A stretch of DNA of 58,400 nucleotides from an uncultured Bdellovibrionales bacterium (GCA_964393905.1 CAYMWO010000002.1:1-58400), one strand, 5' to 3'; numbered from the stretch's first letter, positions 10,101 to 18,690 are shown. Notes: a model not told the origin generated them from the letters alone. Program-made: numbers and translations.

Positions 10101-11088
10101 CTTTGGTTTGCTCGAGAGTATTGATAAGAGAGGCTAATGGCTCTCCAGACTCCGCTGCGTTTAGGCTCGACTGTAAACGCTGAGGCGTTACCTGGGGAGA
10201 GTCCAGTAATTTGCTGATGGAAGTAGGGGGCGGCTCCGAAGTGCCAATAGAACGCTCAGCTGTGACAGGCTTAAGTGACGCAAGGAGCTGAATAAGCTTC
10301 TCCAGTCTGACTGAAGGCGCCTCCTTTGGCTGTTCAGCTTCAACCTGGGTTGTGTTCGCACTCAGAAGAGAGACTAAGCTTGAGCGAATATCTTCCGAGC
10401 TTGTCTCAACAGAGCTTAGCAGTGAATAGATATCCACCAATCGTCCGAGTGAAGCGAGGGTCTCTTTTGTGTTACTCGGGTCCAGTAATGTGGCTAACTT
10501 TCCGAGCGAAGTTGATGTTATCTCACCGTCTTTGGCGGAGAGTGTCGCTAGGGAGGATAGAAGGTTATTTACCGGCTTTAGCGAGTCTAGATTAAGGTCT
10601 AATTTAGGCAGGTCAAGAAGGTCCGTGCGGGGTGTAGTCGGAACTCGCTCTAAAGCGTGCCGCAGAACTGGAAGCTGATCTTTAAATGCCTCAAAAAATT
10701 TAAGTAAGTCCTCCGACGGCGAGTTTAGAGTAGCGAGTGCTGCCTCTGTTAGCGCTCTAGCCGGGTTGACTGAAACAATTTTAAGAGTCTGAGCTGAGCC
10801 GTCATCAATCAAACGTGCAAGAATCTTGTCCCCGGTTTTAAGCTCTAGTGGCACAGAGGCCGCGAGAAACTTTCCCTCAATGATGACCCCTTCTTGAGCT
10901 TCACCCTCTAGAGTTACGCTAGTAGCAATAGTTCCGGCGATTAAGTTTCCGTTCGTTGGCGTATTCTGCGCACTTCGAGGTGCGGCATAGGTATCCAGCA
11001 GCTCAATATCCGGAGCTGTCGAGCCAACTTGCTTCAGTAACTCCCTGAGCAGAATGGAATCAATTTGCTGTAGCGCCTCAACCGACAT
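7108..11088 (-). CDS. Giant (1326 aa) low-complexity Ser/Thr/Leu/Gln/Ala-rich protein with a FliK-like (Flg_hook) C-terminal domain
   Basis: Uninterrupted 3.98-kb ORF with an ATG start. Most of its length lacks Cys and aromatic residues and looks extended or helical. The C-terminal ~90 aa (RISFTVTLPEAGAVQVDFAHSLNELLLNITVEDQGFSDLIQHSFYDLEKALAGMGYSKCQLS) follow the FliK C-terminal pattern (L.PE.LG.V.V...l.v.f.......l...l..L...L...G). An acidic linker precedes this domain. Confidence 0.45.
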   Translation of the reverse strand: MSVEALQQIDSILLRELLKQVGSTAPDIELLDTYAAPRSAQNTPTNGNLIAGTIATSVTLEGEAQEGVIIEGKFLAASVPLELKTGDKILARLIDDGSAQTLKIVSVNPARALTEAALATLNSPSEDLLKFFEAFKDQLPVLRHALERVPTTPRTDLLDLPKLDLNLDSLKPVNNLLSSLATLSAKDGEITSTSLGKLATLLDPSNTKETLASLGRLVDIYSLLSSVETSSEDIRSSLVSLLSANTTQVEAEQPKEAPSVRLEKLIQLLASLKPVTAERSIGTSEPPPTSISKLLDSPQVTPQRLQSSLNAAESGEPLASLINTLEQTKATFATFQSSVSADTARFFDELILRTTAVSKLPLEDKQVQKVLSESLDKVLLRFGTATIPEFQPATPASFSVDTRSNQAFSAKYQLVIQQLVEQMTVALSSSNSDSNQQTAISTKGLLQTVTQINTAFSSRSPKAEELLLEFIDGLKQALKAVPLPAPAQTTSPAEKLSSIAAKALTELANTLTDIAADHPNSLQNTLGPEISTRLQQLELNLKALASPPNAKQAQSSADNVSRLLTLLGGLGDKLVEKPELSATPPSTPTRTSSTNALTQFVKDHMESITGRESQLRELLAEGESLPKLLPQLYPQVRPQEQLRIQTQVHPQALESLIKSVDLLESALKDSLDVKKQLTILTKGLENTLLSIPPEQNPDEESLTKLVEFSTQLEAVSRKLDIPARSSAEGSQNIKEVISRLREQLQNYIDKKAPLAQLLQLAQSAEKLSTDELEKSGPEKLLAVREVRTLLGSIKDGSSEGAIKTALSTSLNRIYQTFAKSPDVPLPQPTLLGADQPRAVQNSLKSITVQIRSLLLESSNPILTAPAQLVPPTNITPGTGAPTIAVPTLDELLASFETLKGLSVGLPQTLSAKLEAFIKSAELSFQQLIDPKSPDRLSPGKMFMGIKNLFDDVQRVSESLDDGHTTTQVTDRTPESATTSETLKKVTDGLRSLEQKLRAVGANIIDKQLMLADTARFSELSSTMAEDISENLQFRASLSPAPQSTHIANISTPSRERVAAAPSHEQALANLTQLLKRIESGPEKSSAGDQQLAETARKLLSQIERGGSAAKNTTIDIDRLQSSLTDLSNRFGSGSNGDPTQLAQNLTALKSLGNLIRGQEFINQLNPIMQAAGEPAFMLFPHLVQGILSKLEMSFFPAGVPNTESRGKQTETRTGQNEESDSADNESNQDDKDGKREPFRRISFTVTLPEAGAVQVDFAHSLNELLLNITVEDQGFSDLIQHSFYDLEKALAGMGYSKCQLSATRGIVQSVRPEWLETCLQLPTLIA

Positions 11089-11356
11089 CAGCCACCAGAG
11101 TTACAAGTTTGAAGAAATAAGTAGTTACCGGAATCTACTCCTAACTATCGGCCTGATTCGGCCTGGGGGTGAGAGCTGTTTTCTAGGTAAATCCCCAATA
11201 AAAACAGATAGTTCGACTGTGGCTCATAGGCCCTTTAGTCAACCCTTTCTGAGCTTTAAATTGACGCCCAAAGTTCCCAGGTGTTAGCTGCTTTAACTGG
11301 TCGCTGATAGATGCAGTGCAAATACAGCGCAAACGAACTTTATCACCGGAACAAGT

Positions 11357-12025
11357 ATGGGTTTTTCAAAAGATTGGGATAGCCGTTACAAGGAGGGAAC
11401 TCACCTCAGTGTCTGGCCGTGGAGCGACTTGGTGAGTTTTGTAATGCGCTACTCCCGTCCTACCGGGGCTGGGATGCGAGTGCTCGAAATTGGCTGCGGA
11501 GCAGGGGCAAATATCCCGTTTTTTAAATCTATCGGCGCAGATTATTACAGTGTCGAGGGGAGTAGTGAGATTGTTAGCTCGCTGATCGAGACATTCCCCG
11601 AGCTAAATGGTCGTATCGTGACCGGAGATTTCACTGAGCAGCTAAATGTCCCGGGTGAATTCGATCTGGTCTTCGATCGTGGTTCGATAACATGCAACAC
11701 ACAGAGCTCAATCGAGCGTTGTCTCAAGTTGGTAAATGCGAAATTAAAGACTGAAGGGAAGTTTATCGGGATTGATTGGTACTCATCTGATTTCTCGGAT
11801 AAGTCTTGCGGGGAGATTATCGACGATCCATATACCCGCGGAAATTTTACCTCCGGCAGGCTAAAAGGCACTGGCAAGGTGCATTTTTCTGACGAGGCCC
11901 ATATTCGTAAGCTCTTGGCCGATTTCAACCTGACCGTTCTTGAGCATAAGGTTGTCTCGCGCAAAGAGCCGCAAGATGGTTGGCAATTCGCCTCCTGGAA
12001 TTTTGTCGCGGAAAGATTACGTTAG
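11357..12025 (+). CDS. Class I SAM-dependent methyltransferase (possibly the Pse-cluster-associated methylase type)
   Basis: 222 aa. Motif I is VLEIGCGAGAN and the post-I acidic residue lies in YYSVEGS; DLVFDRGS is also present. The gene is convergent with pseI and its stop overlaps it. Confidence 0.75.
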   Translation: MGFSKDWDSRYKEGTHLSVWPWSDLVSFVMRYSRPTGAGMRVLEIGCGAGANIPFFKSIGADYYSVEGSSEIVSSLIETFPELNGRIVTGDFTEQLNVPGEFDLVFDRGSITCNTQSSIERCLKLVNAKLKTEGKFIGIDWYSSDFSDKSCGEIIDDPYTRGNFTSGRLKGTGKVHFSDEAHIRKLLADFNLTVLEHKVVSRKEPQDGWQFASWNFVAERLR

Positions 12026-13080
12026 AGTAAAAGCTCCCAACTAATAGGGGTTCCGCGTTTGATATCTTGCCGCGCCTTCTTCCCTAAGACGATATCAAGA
12101 TACTTTGGTTGTAGCCCGTCACCTGGTCTGATTGAGCGCACATTAGCATCAGTAAAAGTCTCACCGGATTTGATATCTTGTATGGCAAAAAGCGAGCGTC
12201 TAAATACGCGACTTTGCTTCTCAGTTGAAGTTGTTCCGTAATGGACCTCTCCTAGGGCCTGCTCTGTCAGTCGGACAGAGTTTACTAGTTCCCGAAATTC
12301 CGTTGGTTCGAGAGAGAAGGAGCTATCTGGACCAGGAACTTTTCTGTCTAGCGTAAAATGTTTTTCGATAATACAGGCGCCAAGAGCAACACTCGCTACG
12401 GCCACACCAATTCCAAGGGTGTGATCGGACAGACCAACCGGAACATTGAAAGTTTCGGAGAGGTTTGGAATAGTTCGCAGGTTCATCTCAGAAGCCAGCG
12501 CCGGGTAGGCACTGGTGCACTTTAAAAGAGCAACTTCGGGACAGCCATTTTGTTTGAGGGTGGCTACCGCTTCATGTATCTCAGCTAAACTCGCCATGCC
12601 GGTAGACATTATCACGGGCTTCTTCGTGCGCGCGATGTGTCGAATTAGCGGCAAGTCGATAATCTCAAACGATGCGATTTTGTAAACATCTACATTTAGC
12701 TTCTCGAGGAAATCGACCGCCGTTGGGTCAAACGGTGTAGAAAAGCAATCAAGCCCGATTTTCTCGGCGTAGTTTTTTAGCTCAGCATGCCACTCCCAAG
12801 GGGTAAAGGCCTCGGCGTATAGCTCGTAGAGTTTTCGTCCCTTCCAGATTGTATCCTTGATGGTAAAATACTCGTTGTCGCAATCAATTGTGATTGTGTC
12901 CGGTGTGTAGGTCTGAAGCTTGACGGCGTCCGCTCCCGACTCCTTTGCGGCATCGATTATTCTAATCGCCTCCTTGATATTTTGTCCGTGGTTCGCAGAC
13001 ATCTCAGCGATGATGTAGGTCGGATACCCGACGCCGATTTTCCGACCTTTGATGGTGATTGTTTTATTACTCTGTTTCAT
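12022..13080 (-). CDS. pseI: Pseudaminic acid synthase (NeuB family nonulosonate synthase with SAF domain)
   Basis: 352 aa. NeuB TIM-barrel motifs are present (IIAEMSANHGQN, VGLSDHTLG), together with a C-terminal SAF-like domain (VRSIRPGDGLQPKY). It is the last gene of the pseB...pseI operon. Confidence 0.8.
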   Translation of the reverse strand: MKQSNKTITIKGRKIGVGYPTYIIAEMSANHGQNIKEAIRIIDAAKESGADAVKLQTYTPDTITIDCDNEYFTIKDTIWKGRKLYELYAEAFTPWEWHAELKNYAEKIGLDCFSTPFDPTAVDFLEKLNVDVYKIASFEIIDLPLIRHIARTKKPVIMSTGMASLAEIHEAVATLKQNGCPEVALLKCTSAYPALASEMNLRTIPNLSETFNVPVGLSDHTLGIGVAVASVALGACIIEKHFTLDRKVPGPDSSFSLEPTEFRELVNSVRLTEQALGEVHYGTTSTEKQSRVFRRSLFAIQDIKSGETFTDANVRSIRPGDGLQPKYLDIVLGKKARQDIKRGTPISWELLL

Positions 13081-13101
13081 TTCGCTCTTTCCTTAACCGG
13101 T

Positions 13102-13803
13102 TCAAGTGGGGCTAAACCTACCATGTTCTAAGATCATACCTTTAGTGAGCTCAGGACCAACATTGAAATATGCGTCTATCCAGGCTAACCAGGGAATAAA
13201 AGTTGGGCCTTGCTGGTCGTAAATTGGGAAATCATATTCGTGATAAGCGACTTCAAGTTCCGAAAAATCCTCGGGCTTAATGTAGCTTCTACCGTTTGGC
13301 CCAGAGATATAAACCGTTCCGCCAAGCGCTCTGGTGATATCGGCCAACTGCTTTGACCCCTTTGACGTAACTCCTAGTGAGGAGCTTCTAATGAGCTTTC
13401 CCTGATGCGAGAAACCGAAGAGATCTAGAATGCGTTCTAGCTGCACCTGAACAATATCGGTAAGTGTTTCTGCCCCCGCAAGTCCCTCGTATAGTTTAGC
13501 CAATAAGCTTTTATCAAAGTAGCGAGACTTTCCGTAGTAGGCTTCAAGCTTGCGGGTATGATCTTCAACCCACGAGTGGTCAGTCACCTTTAACTCCGAT
13601 ATTAGGGGCCAAGCCCCGGCCGACCTATCAATTGGAATCGAAAGCCAATGTTCTTTTCTCTCGTCGCGAATCCGGTTTCGGTGTTCAAATGCCCGCTTTT
13701 GATGCTGCACATTATCCAGCAGCACAAACTTATCGGCATCAACTATCCGCTGCAGATAGTTTACGGCCGGTAAGTAGCGAGGCTGGCTGATGGCAACTCT
13801 CAT
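13102..13803 (-). CDS. WbqC-like family protein (uncharacterised polysaccharide-cluster protein)
   Basis: 233 aa. The N-terminus MRVAISQPRYLPAVNYLQRI and the overall length are typical of the WbqC-like family. Confidence 0.6.
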   Translation of the reverse strand: MRVAISQPRYLPAVNYLQRIVDADKFVLLDNVQHQKRAFEHRNRIRDERKEHWLSIPIDRSAGAWPLISELKVTDHSWVEDHTRKLEAYYGKSRYFDKSLLAKLYEGLAGAETLTDIVQVQLERILDLFGFSHQGKLIRSSSLGVTSKGSKQLADITRALGGTVYISGPNGRSYIKPEDFSELEVAYHEYDFPIYDQQGPTFIPWLAWIDAYFNVGPELTKGMILEHGRFSPT

Positions 13804-13808
13804 AGTAA

Positions 13809-14576
13809 TTAACTCTCCTCTTTGGTTTCATCTTTAAGGAGAAGTTCAAGATAGATTCGCTTACCGTCCTGCTCGAAGTATGCACCCTTGTATGGCGGGA
13901 ACGTGCGAGCGCGGAGGATATTGATTAGCTCCCGCCCAGTGTAGCTCTTCTCGAGCTCGATTTTATCGATATTTTCTACATCTCTCGTTTTGTGATAGGT
14001 GCCGACAGCACCCGTCTGTTGGACTCTTGGAGCAGTTCCGTTCCTAATTTGGTTCCAGCTGTTCTCGAATAGCTTAACTGAGGCGAGTTCGAGTTTTCGA
14101 TAGAGAGATTCTCCGGTGTCTGTCGGAGTAGCCGGGACTTCAATTTGGGAGATAATGTCGCCGGTATCTATCTTCTCATCAATGTAGTGAATGGTGACGC
14201 CAGAAGGGGTGCCCTCGACAATGCTCCAGACGTTTGGATATTGCCCGCGGTTATAGGGCAGTAGGGCTGGGTGTAGATTTATTACGCCGCGAGGAAACAG
14301 CTTAAGTAGTTCGGGCTTAAGAATATAATCGAACAGAATCGAGAGTCCCATATCCGGTTTGATGGCGGCTAGTTTCGCAAGCACCTCGGGCTCTTTTAGC
14401 TTGGAACCGTCAAAGACCTGTTCCGGCGGCAGAGCCGCGGTTTCGAGCAATTCTTTTCCATACTTTCGTTTTATTTCGGGATGAATTACCAAGCCCACAA
14501 TCTCCTCGCCTCGCTTTTTTAGCCCGAGAAGAATTTGCCAGGCGGTCCAATTATTGGCGAAGTAGATAATTCTCAT
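13809..14576 (-). CDS. Formyltransferase-fold protein, candidate sugar N-formyltransferase
   Basis: 255 aa. It has the catalytic-type motifs INLHPALLPYNRG and IDTGDI of the Fmt/PurN/sugar N-formyltransferase fold. An ATGA overlap links it to the pseG stop. Confidence 0.75.
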   Translation of the reverse strand: MRIIYFANNWTAWQILLGLKKRGEEIVGLVIHPEIKRKYGKELLETAALPPEQVFDGSKLKEPEVLAKLAAIKPDMGLSILFDYILKPELLKLFPRGVINLHPALLPYNRGQYPNVWSIVEGTPSGVTIHYIDEKIDTGDIISQIEVPATPTDTGESLYRKLELASVKLFENSWNQIRNGTAPRVQQTGAVGTYHKTRDVENIDKIELEKSYTGRELINILRARTFPPYKGAYFEQDGKRIYLELLLKDETKEES

Positions 14577-15616
14577 CGGGTAGCGTCCGCCTCAATCATT
14601 TTGTCGATGACCCGCTGGGCTCCAAACCCGTCCACAAGCTTTTGCCCGCGCTCGATAAAAGTTGTTCGCAATTTAACATCTGCCGCAAGTTCAGCAACAG
14701 CAGTGCGAACGTCGTTGCGATTAATATTACCGTACCAACCAAGTGATGTGACTATTCCATCCTGTGATAGACGCCGCGCTATTCCACGTTGGTTGTCCGC
14801 TGTGGTGATCAGTATCGATGGTACCCCCATGCATAACAGCTCCAAGGTCGTGCTGCCCGAGGCTGAGATTGCAAGATCGCTCTCAATCATTAGTCGCGCC
14901 ATGTTATCTGGCGCTGAGACCAGCCGAACATCACAGTTGAAATCCTGCACAAATTCCACAAGGTCGCGAAAGTCCGGATTCTCAGGACCAATTACGGCGC
15001 GAATCACATGTTCCGGTGTAACAAGCCCAGCTAAGCCCTCAAGGGCCAGAGTTGTGAGGCCGGAATCGTCGCCAGCTCCAAAGGTGACCAGAATATTTAA
15101 CGCGTGCTCAGGCACGGCTCGCTCCAAACGCCCGCTACGAAACTCCTCACGTAATAGAGCAAACTCGGGCCCCATTAATAACCCGGAGACAGAATCTTTT
15201 GAGTAATCGAGGTCGAAGGCGCTTAAGTTCTGGTTCAGCAAAAGCGTCGCACTGTAACGGTCTAGGTGATGGTAGTCGTCTATTACCAGAAGCTTATGTC
15301 CGGCAGTAATGGCAGCCTGCTGAAATGTCTCGTCGAAATGATAACCGTCCATAACCAGCCAAGTCGACGCTCCCTTAGCCGCTAACTCTTTCAGGGTGAG
15401 CTCAAGGTCCTCGGAATTAGGATAGGTATTTGTAAGCGGAATGAAGGGGACGCCGCTCCGCCGGATTCTGTTTAATAGAGCATCCCCTGTCACCGACCCT
15501 AAGAGCGAAACGTCTACTCCGCTTTTCTTGGCCTCTTGTGCTAAAACTAGCGAGCGCATCAGGTGTCCGCCCCCGATGTCTTTATTTGCATCCGCTCTGA
15601 TGACAAGGTGTTTCAT
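14573..15616 (-). CDS. pseG: UDP-2,4-diacetamido-2,4,6-trideoxy-beta-L-altropyranose hydrolase-like (PseG family, GT-B fold)
   Basis: 347 aa. The N-terminus LVIRADANKDIGGGHLMRSLVLAQE is typical of PseG. The gene sits between the cytidylyltransferase and the synthase genes. Confidence 0.7.
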   Translation of the reverse strand: MKHLVIRADANKDIGGGHLMRSLVLAQEAKKSGVDVSLLGSVTGDALLNRIRRSGVPFIPLTNTYPNSEDLELTLKELAAKGASTWLVMDGYHFDETFQQAAITAGHKLLVIDDYHHLDRYSATLLLNQNLSAFDLDYSKDSVSGLLMGPEFALLREEFRSGRLERAVPEHALNILVTFGAGDDSGLTTLALEGLAGLVTPEHVIRAVIGPENPDFRDLVEFVQDFNCDVRLVSAPDNMARLMIESDLAISASGSTTLELLCMGVPSILITTADNQRGIARRLSQDGIVTSLGWYGNINRNDVRTAVAELAADVKLRTTFIERGQKLVDGFGAQRVIDKMIEADATR

Positions 15617-16341
15617 TAAACAACCTTCTGCTTAATCATTTTGTTTAGGGCCACAAGTTCCGGATTACTATCGAGCAATGCGGTTACCTCCTGCCAGGTA
15701 AAATCCCCGTGGCCAAAGTGCTGGTATATTTTTGTTATCAGCTCAAAATCCTCAGGAGTGTCTAAGGTAAGTCGGTAGTGGGAGTAATCAACTGGGTTCT
15801 TAACGCAAACCGAACGAAACTCTTCGGGATGGTAATAAAAGTAGGTTGTCACATGCTCTCGCCACGCGGGGTCTTTATCCGCGTGCCAGATTCGCTCAAG
15901 TGCCGCGAGGCTAAATACCTCGGTCTCCAAGCCGATAGGGTAAGATCTTTCAGCGTAGTTATTTGCCAAGTCGACACTTGGATTCGCGCTATTAAAAGCG
16001 GCGATTACATTGTCTGAAACAGTTGGGTCAATCAGCGGGCAGTCGGAGGTGATTCTGACAATGGTAGACGCTTCGTGGAGCTTCGCGCACTGAAGGTAGC
16101 GGTCGAGCAGATCGTTTTCATCTCCACGGGTGCACTCCCAGCCCTCGCGTTTGCAGCTCTCAACGATGATATCATCCTGCGGTAGGGTGGTGGTGGCGAT
16201 TACAACCTTATCAATTAATTTGCACTGCTTAACCCGGTGGATATCCCAATAGAGGACGGATTTGCCAAGAATAGTTTTTAAAACCTTGCCGGGAAGCCGG
16301 GTGCTGCCGGTGCGTGCTTGAATGATGCAGACAGTGGACAC
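15616..16341 (-). CDS. pseF: Nonulosonate cytidylyltransferase (SpsF/PseF-type, CTP_transf_3)
   Basis: 241 aa. The GTG start is preceded by a GGGGGAG RBS. The nucleotide-binding loop is CIIQARTGSTRLPGKVLK. The stop/start arrangement with pseG is TAATG. Confidence 0.7.
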   Translation of the reverse strand: MSTVCIIQARTGSTRLPGKVLKTILGKSVLYWDIHRVKQCKLIDKVVIATTTLPQDDIIVESCKREGWECTRGDENDLLDRYLQCAKLHEASTIVRITSDCPLIDPTVSDNVIAAFNSANPSVDLANNYAERSYPIGLETEVFSLAALERIWHADKDPAWREHVTTYFYYHPEEFRSVCVKNPVDYSHYRLTLDTPEDFELITKIYQHFGHGDFTWQEVTALLDSNPELVALNKMIKQKVV

Positions 16342-16355
16342 GGCAAAACTCCCCC

Positions 16356-17537
16356 TTAGCGAGCTAATCTATTAATGGCTTCGACCACATCTTTAGCATC
16401 TTCGGTCGTCATTCCCGGGAAAATCGGCAGGGTGATTATCTCTTGGTAGGCGCTCTCCGCTACTGGACATAGTCCGGCCCTGGTTCCGAGGGTATTACGG
16501 TAATATGGATGAAGATGCACCGGAAGATAGTGAACATTTACTCCGACATTTTTCGCGCGGAGTTCTGCGAAGATTTCATCTCGAGTTCTGCCCAGACTCT
16601 TCGTATCGAAGCGCACGACATAAAGATGATAGGCGTGATAAACCTGGTTACTGACAGAGAGGGGGGTGACGAAGGGAAGGGCAGAAAATGATCTGTCATA
16701 AAAAGCAGCCAGGTCGTGGCGGCGCTTAGTAAACTCGCAAAGTTTTTTTAACTGACTGAGCCCTAAGGCGCACTGGATGTCTGTTAGGCGAAAGTTGTGC
16801 CCGAGAGAGATCATCTCATAGTAATGGCTTCCCGTCTTTTCGCGTTCGCGAAAATCCGTGGCTATGCCGTGGCTGCGGAAGGTTCGCATTGTCTTGGCGT
16901 ATGCTTCGTTATCGGTGGTAATCATTCCTCCCTCGCCAGTGGTGAGGGGCTTCACGGGATGAAAGCTGAAGGTGTTCAAGTCACCGAGTGTTCCGACGGG
17001 CCGACCTTTATAGCTTCCCCCTAGGGCATGGCAGGCGTCATCGATAATCTGGATTCCAGCGTGGTCGGCTATTTCGCGTAGCGCGTCATAGTCGCAAGGG
17101 TGGCCTGCATAATCAACGGCGATAATGGCTTTAGTGCGCGAAGTTAATTTGCGCTTAACCTGCTCGGGATCGATTAGCAATGAGTCAGGGATAACGTCAG
17201 CGAATACCGGCGTCCCCCCTTGATATAAAACGCAGTTTGCACTCGCGGCAAAAGTCAGGGGAGTGACAATTACCTCGTCACCCTTAGAGATACCGAGCGC
17301 TACGGTTGCCGCGTGAAGTGCCGTGGTCCCATTACTAATAGCGACGGCATGCTTAGCACCAACAAACTCGGCGAAGCGCTCCTCAAATTCCTTTACCTTA
17401 GGGCCAGTGGTGAGCCAGCCGGATTTTAGGACCTCTACAACGGCAGCAATATCTTCGTCGTCTATTGAATGCTTTCCGTATGGAAGAAGTGTGTCTCGAA
17501 CTGGCCTGGCATCTCCCTGCTTCGGGTCATCAGGCAT
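16356..17537 (-). CDS. pseC: DegT/DnrJ/EryC1 PLP-dependent aminotransferase (PseC-like)
   Basis: 393 aa. The PLP-lysine context is FSFHPVKPLTTGEGG, and the length is typical of DegT. It overlaps the pseB stop by 8 nt. Confidence 0.85.
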   Translation of the reverse strand: MPDDPKQGDARPVRDTLLPYGKHSIDDEDIAAVVEVLKSGWLTTGPKVKEFEERFAEFVGAKHAVAISNGTTALHAATVALGISKGDEVIVTPLTFAASANCVLYQGGTPVFADVIPDSLLIDPEQVKRKLTSRTKAIIAVDYAGHPCDYDALREIADHAGIQIIDDACHALGGSYKGRPVGTLGDLNTFSFHPVKPLTTGEGGMITTDNEAYAKTMRTFRSHGIATDFREREKTGSHYYEMISLGHNFRLTDIQCALGLSQLKKLCEFTKRRHDLAAFYDRSFSALPFVTPLSVSNQVYHAYHLYVVRFDTKSLGRTRDEIFAELRAKNVGVNVHYLPVHLHPYYRNTLGTRAGLCPVAESAYQEIITLPIFPGMTTEDAKDVVEAINRLAR

Positions 17538-18501
17538 TGATCATCTCCATCAGCTCTTCGTTAGTTAGCCACCAATTATTATTATCGCTGGCATATGACC
17601 AGCCTTCGGTAACTTTTGTTGCTTCCTTGTGGTTAGCCTCAGACCACCAAGGATGAGCGGGAAGTATCGCGTAACAATCCCCTAAGTCGACGGCCTGCCG
17701 AGCTTCATCTTCGGAGATCAGGCACTCATGCAGCTTTTCTCCGGGGCGGATACCAATGTTTTCGACTTCACACTCAGGCGCTAGCGCCTTACCGAGGTCC
17801 AGCATGCGCATGCTGGGAAGCTTTGGTATAAAGACCTCCCCACCTTTCATGCGTTCAATATTCGCCAAGACAAAGCGCACCCCCTGGTCCAGGGTAATCC
17901 AAAATCGAGTCATACGGCTATCGGTGACGGTGATTTTCCCTGATTTACGCTGCTCCTGAAACAGTGGTACGACGCTACCGCGGCTACCAACAACGTTACC
18001 ATATCGCACACAGGAAAAAGTCGTCCCCACGCTACCGCTATAGGAGTTAGCTTGCACAAAGAGCTTTTCCGATACGAGCTTTGTCGCGCCGTAGAGGTTG
18101 ACCGGTGCGGTTGCCTTATCTGTACTGAGGGCTAGAACTTTCTTAACTCCGCAGTCTAGTGCGGCGTCAATTACGTTTCGCGCGCCATCGATATTTGTAG
18201 CGATAGCCTCGATAGGGTTGTACTCGCAGGCCGGCACCTGTTTTAGCGCTGCGGCATGCACAACAATATCGATGCCCTTAAATGCGCGCTTTAGCCGTGG
18301 GAGATCTCGGACATCGCCGATGAAGTAGCGCAAACGCGGATCATCGTAACCAGCTATGCGCATCTCATGCTGCTTTAGTTCATCACGGCTGAGGATTACC
18401 ACCTTCGCCGGTTTATGTTCGCGGAGAATTGTCTCGACAAACTTTTTCCCGAATGATCCCGTTCCGCCGGTTACAAGGATATTTTGGTCTTTGAAAACCA
18501 T
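17530..18501 (-). CDS. pseB: UDP-N-acetylglucosamine 4,6-dehydratase (inverting), FlaA1/PseB-like
   Basis: 323 aa. It is near-collinear with H. pylori FlaA1 as I recall it: ILVTGGTGSFGK, SRDELKQHEMR, FIGDVRD, YGATK, RYGNVVGSRGSVVP, MTRFWIT, GIRPGEKLHE. Confidence 0.9.
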   Translation of the reverse strand: MVFKDQNILVTGGTGSFGKKFVETILREHKPAKVVILSRDELKQHEMRIAGYDDPRLRYFIGDVRDLPRLKRAFKGIDIVVHAAALKQVPACEYNPIEAIATNIDGARNVIDAALDCGVKKVLALSTDKATAPVNLYGATKLVSEKLFVQANSYSGSVGTTFSCVRYGNVVGSRGSVVPLFQEQRKSGKITVTDSRMTRFWITLDQGVRFVLANIERMKGGEVFIPKLPSMRMLDLGKALAPECEVENIGIRPGEKLHECLISEDEARQAVDLGDCYAILPAHPWWSEANHKEATKVTEGWSYASDNNNWWLTNEELMEMINA

Positions 18502-18690
18502 CGTGCTCTACCCGTGTGCTATGTGACTATCTTACATTACTGATAACATACGATACCTGCTAAGGATTTTGATGCGCCGAATCGCCATTGGACGCAGATC
18601 TGTTGGGATAGGGTCATAAATGCTGTCGGTAATAGGAATAATCCGATCTTTATTCGCTCAGATGGGCTTAAAAGCTGCGGTAGGGGTTAG

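Noticed and set aside
11145-11152. GCCGATAG on the coding strand about 60 nt upstream of the FliK-like gene, resembling the sigma-28 -10 element GCCGATAA.
   Set aside because: No TAAA-type -35 element lies at the required spacing upstream. A single 8-mer match is too weak to call a flagellar-class promoter.
14535-15206. 223-aa plus-strand ORF, the longest antisense ORF in the Pse operon.
   Set aside because: It lies entirely antisense to the well-supported pseG and formyltransferase genes. Its translation is Arg/Ser/Pro-rich low-complexity sequence typical of antisense frames, and it has no recognisable motif.
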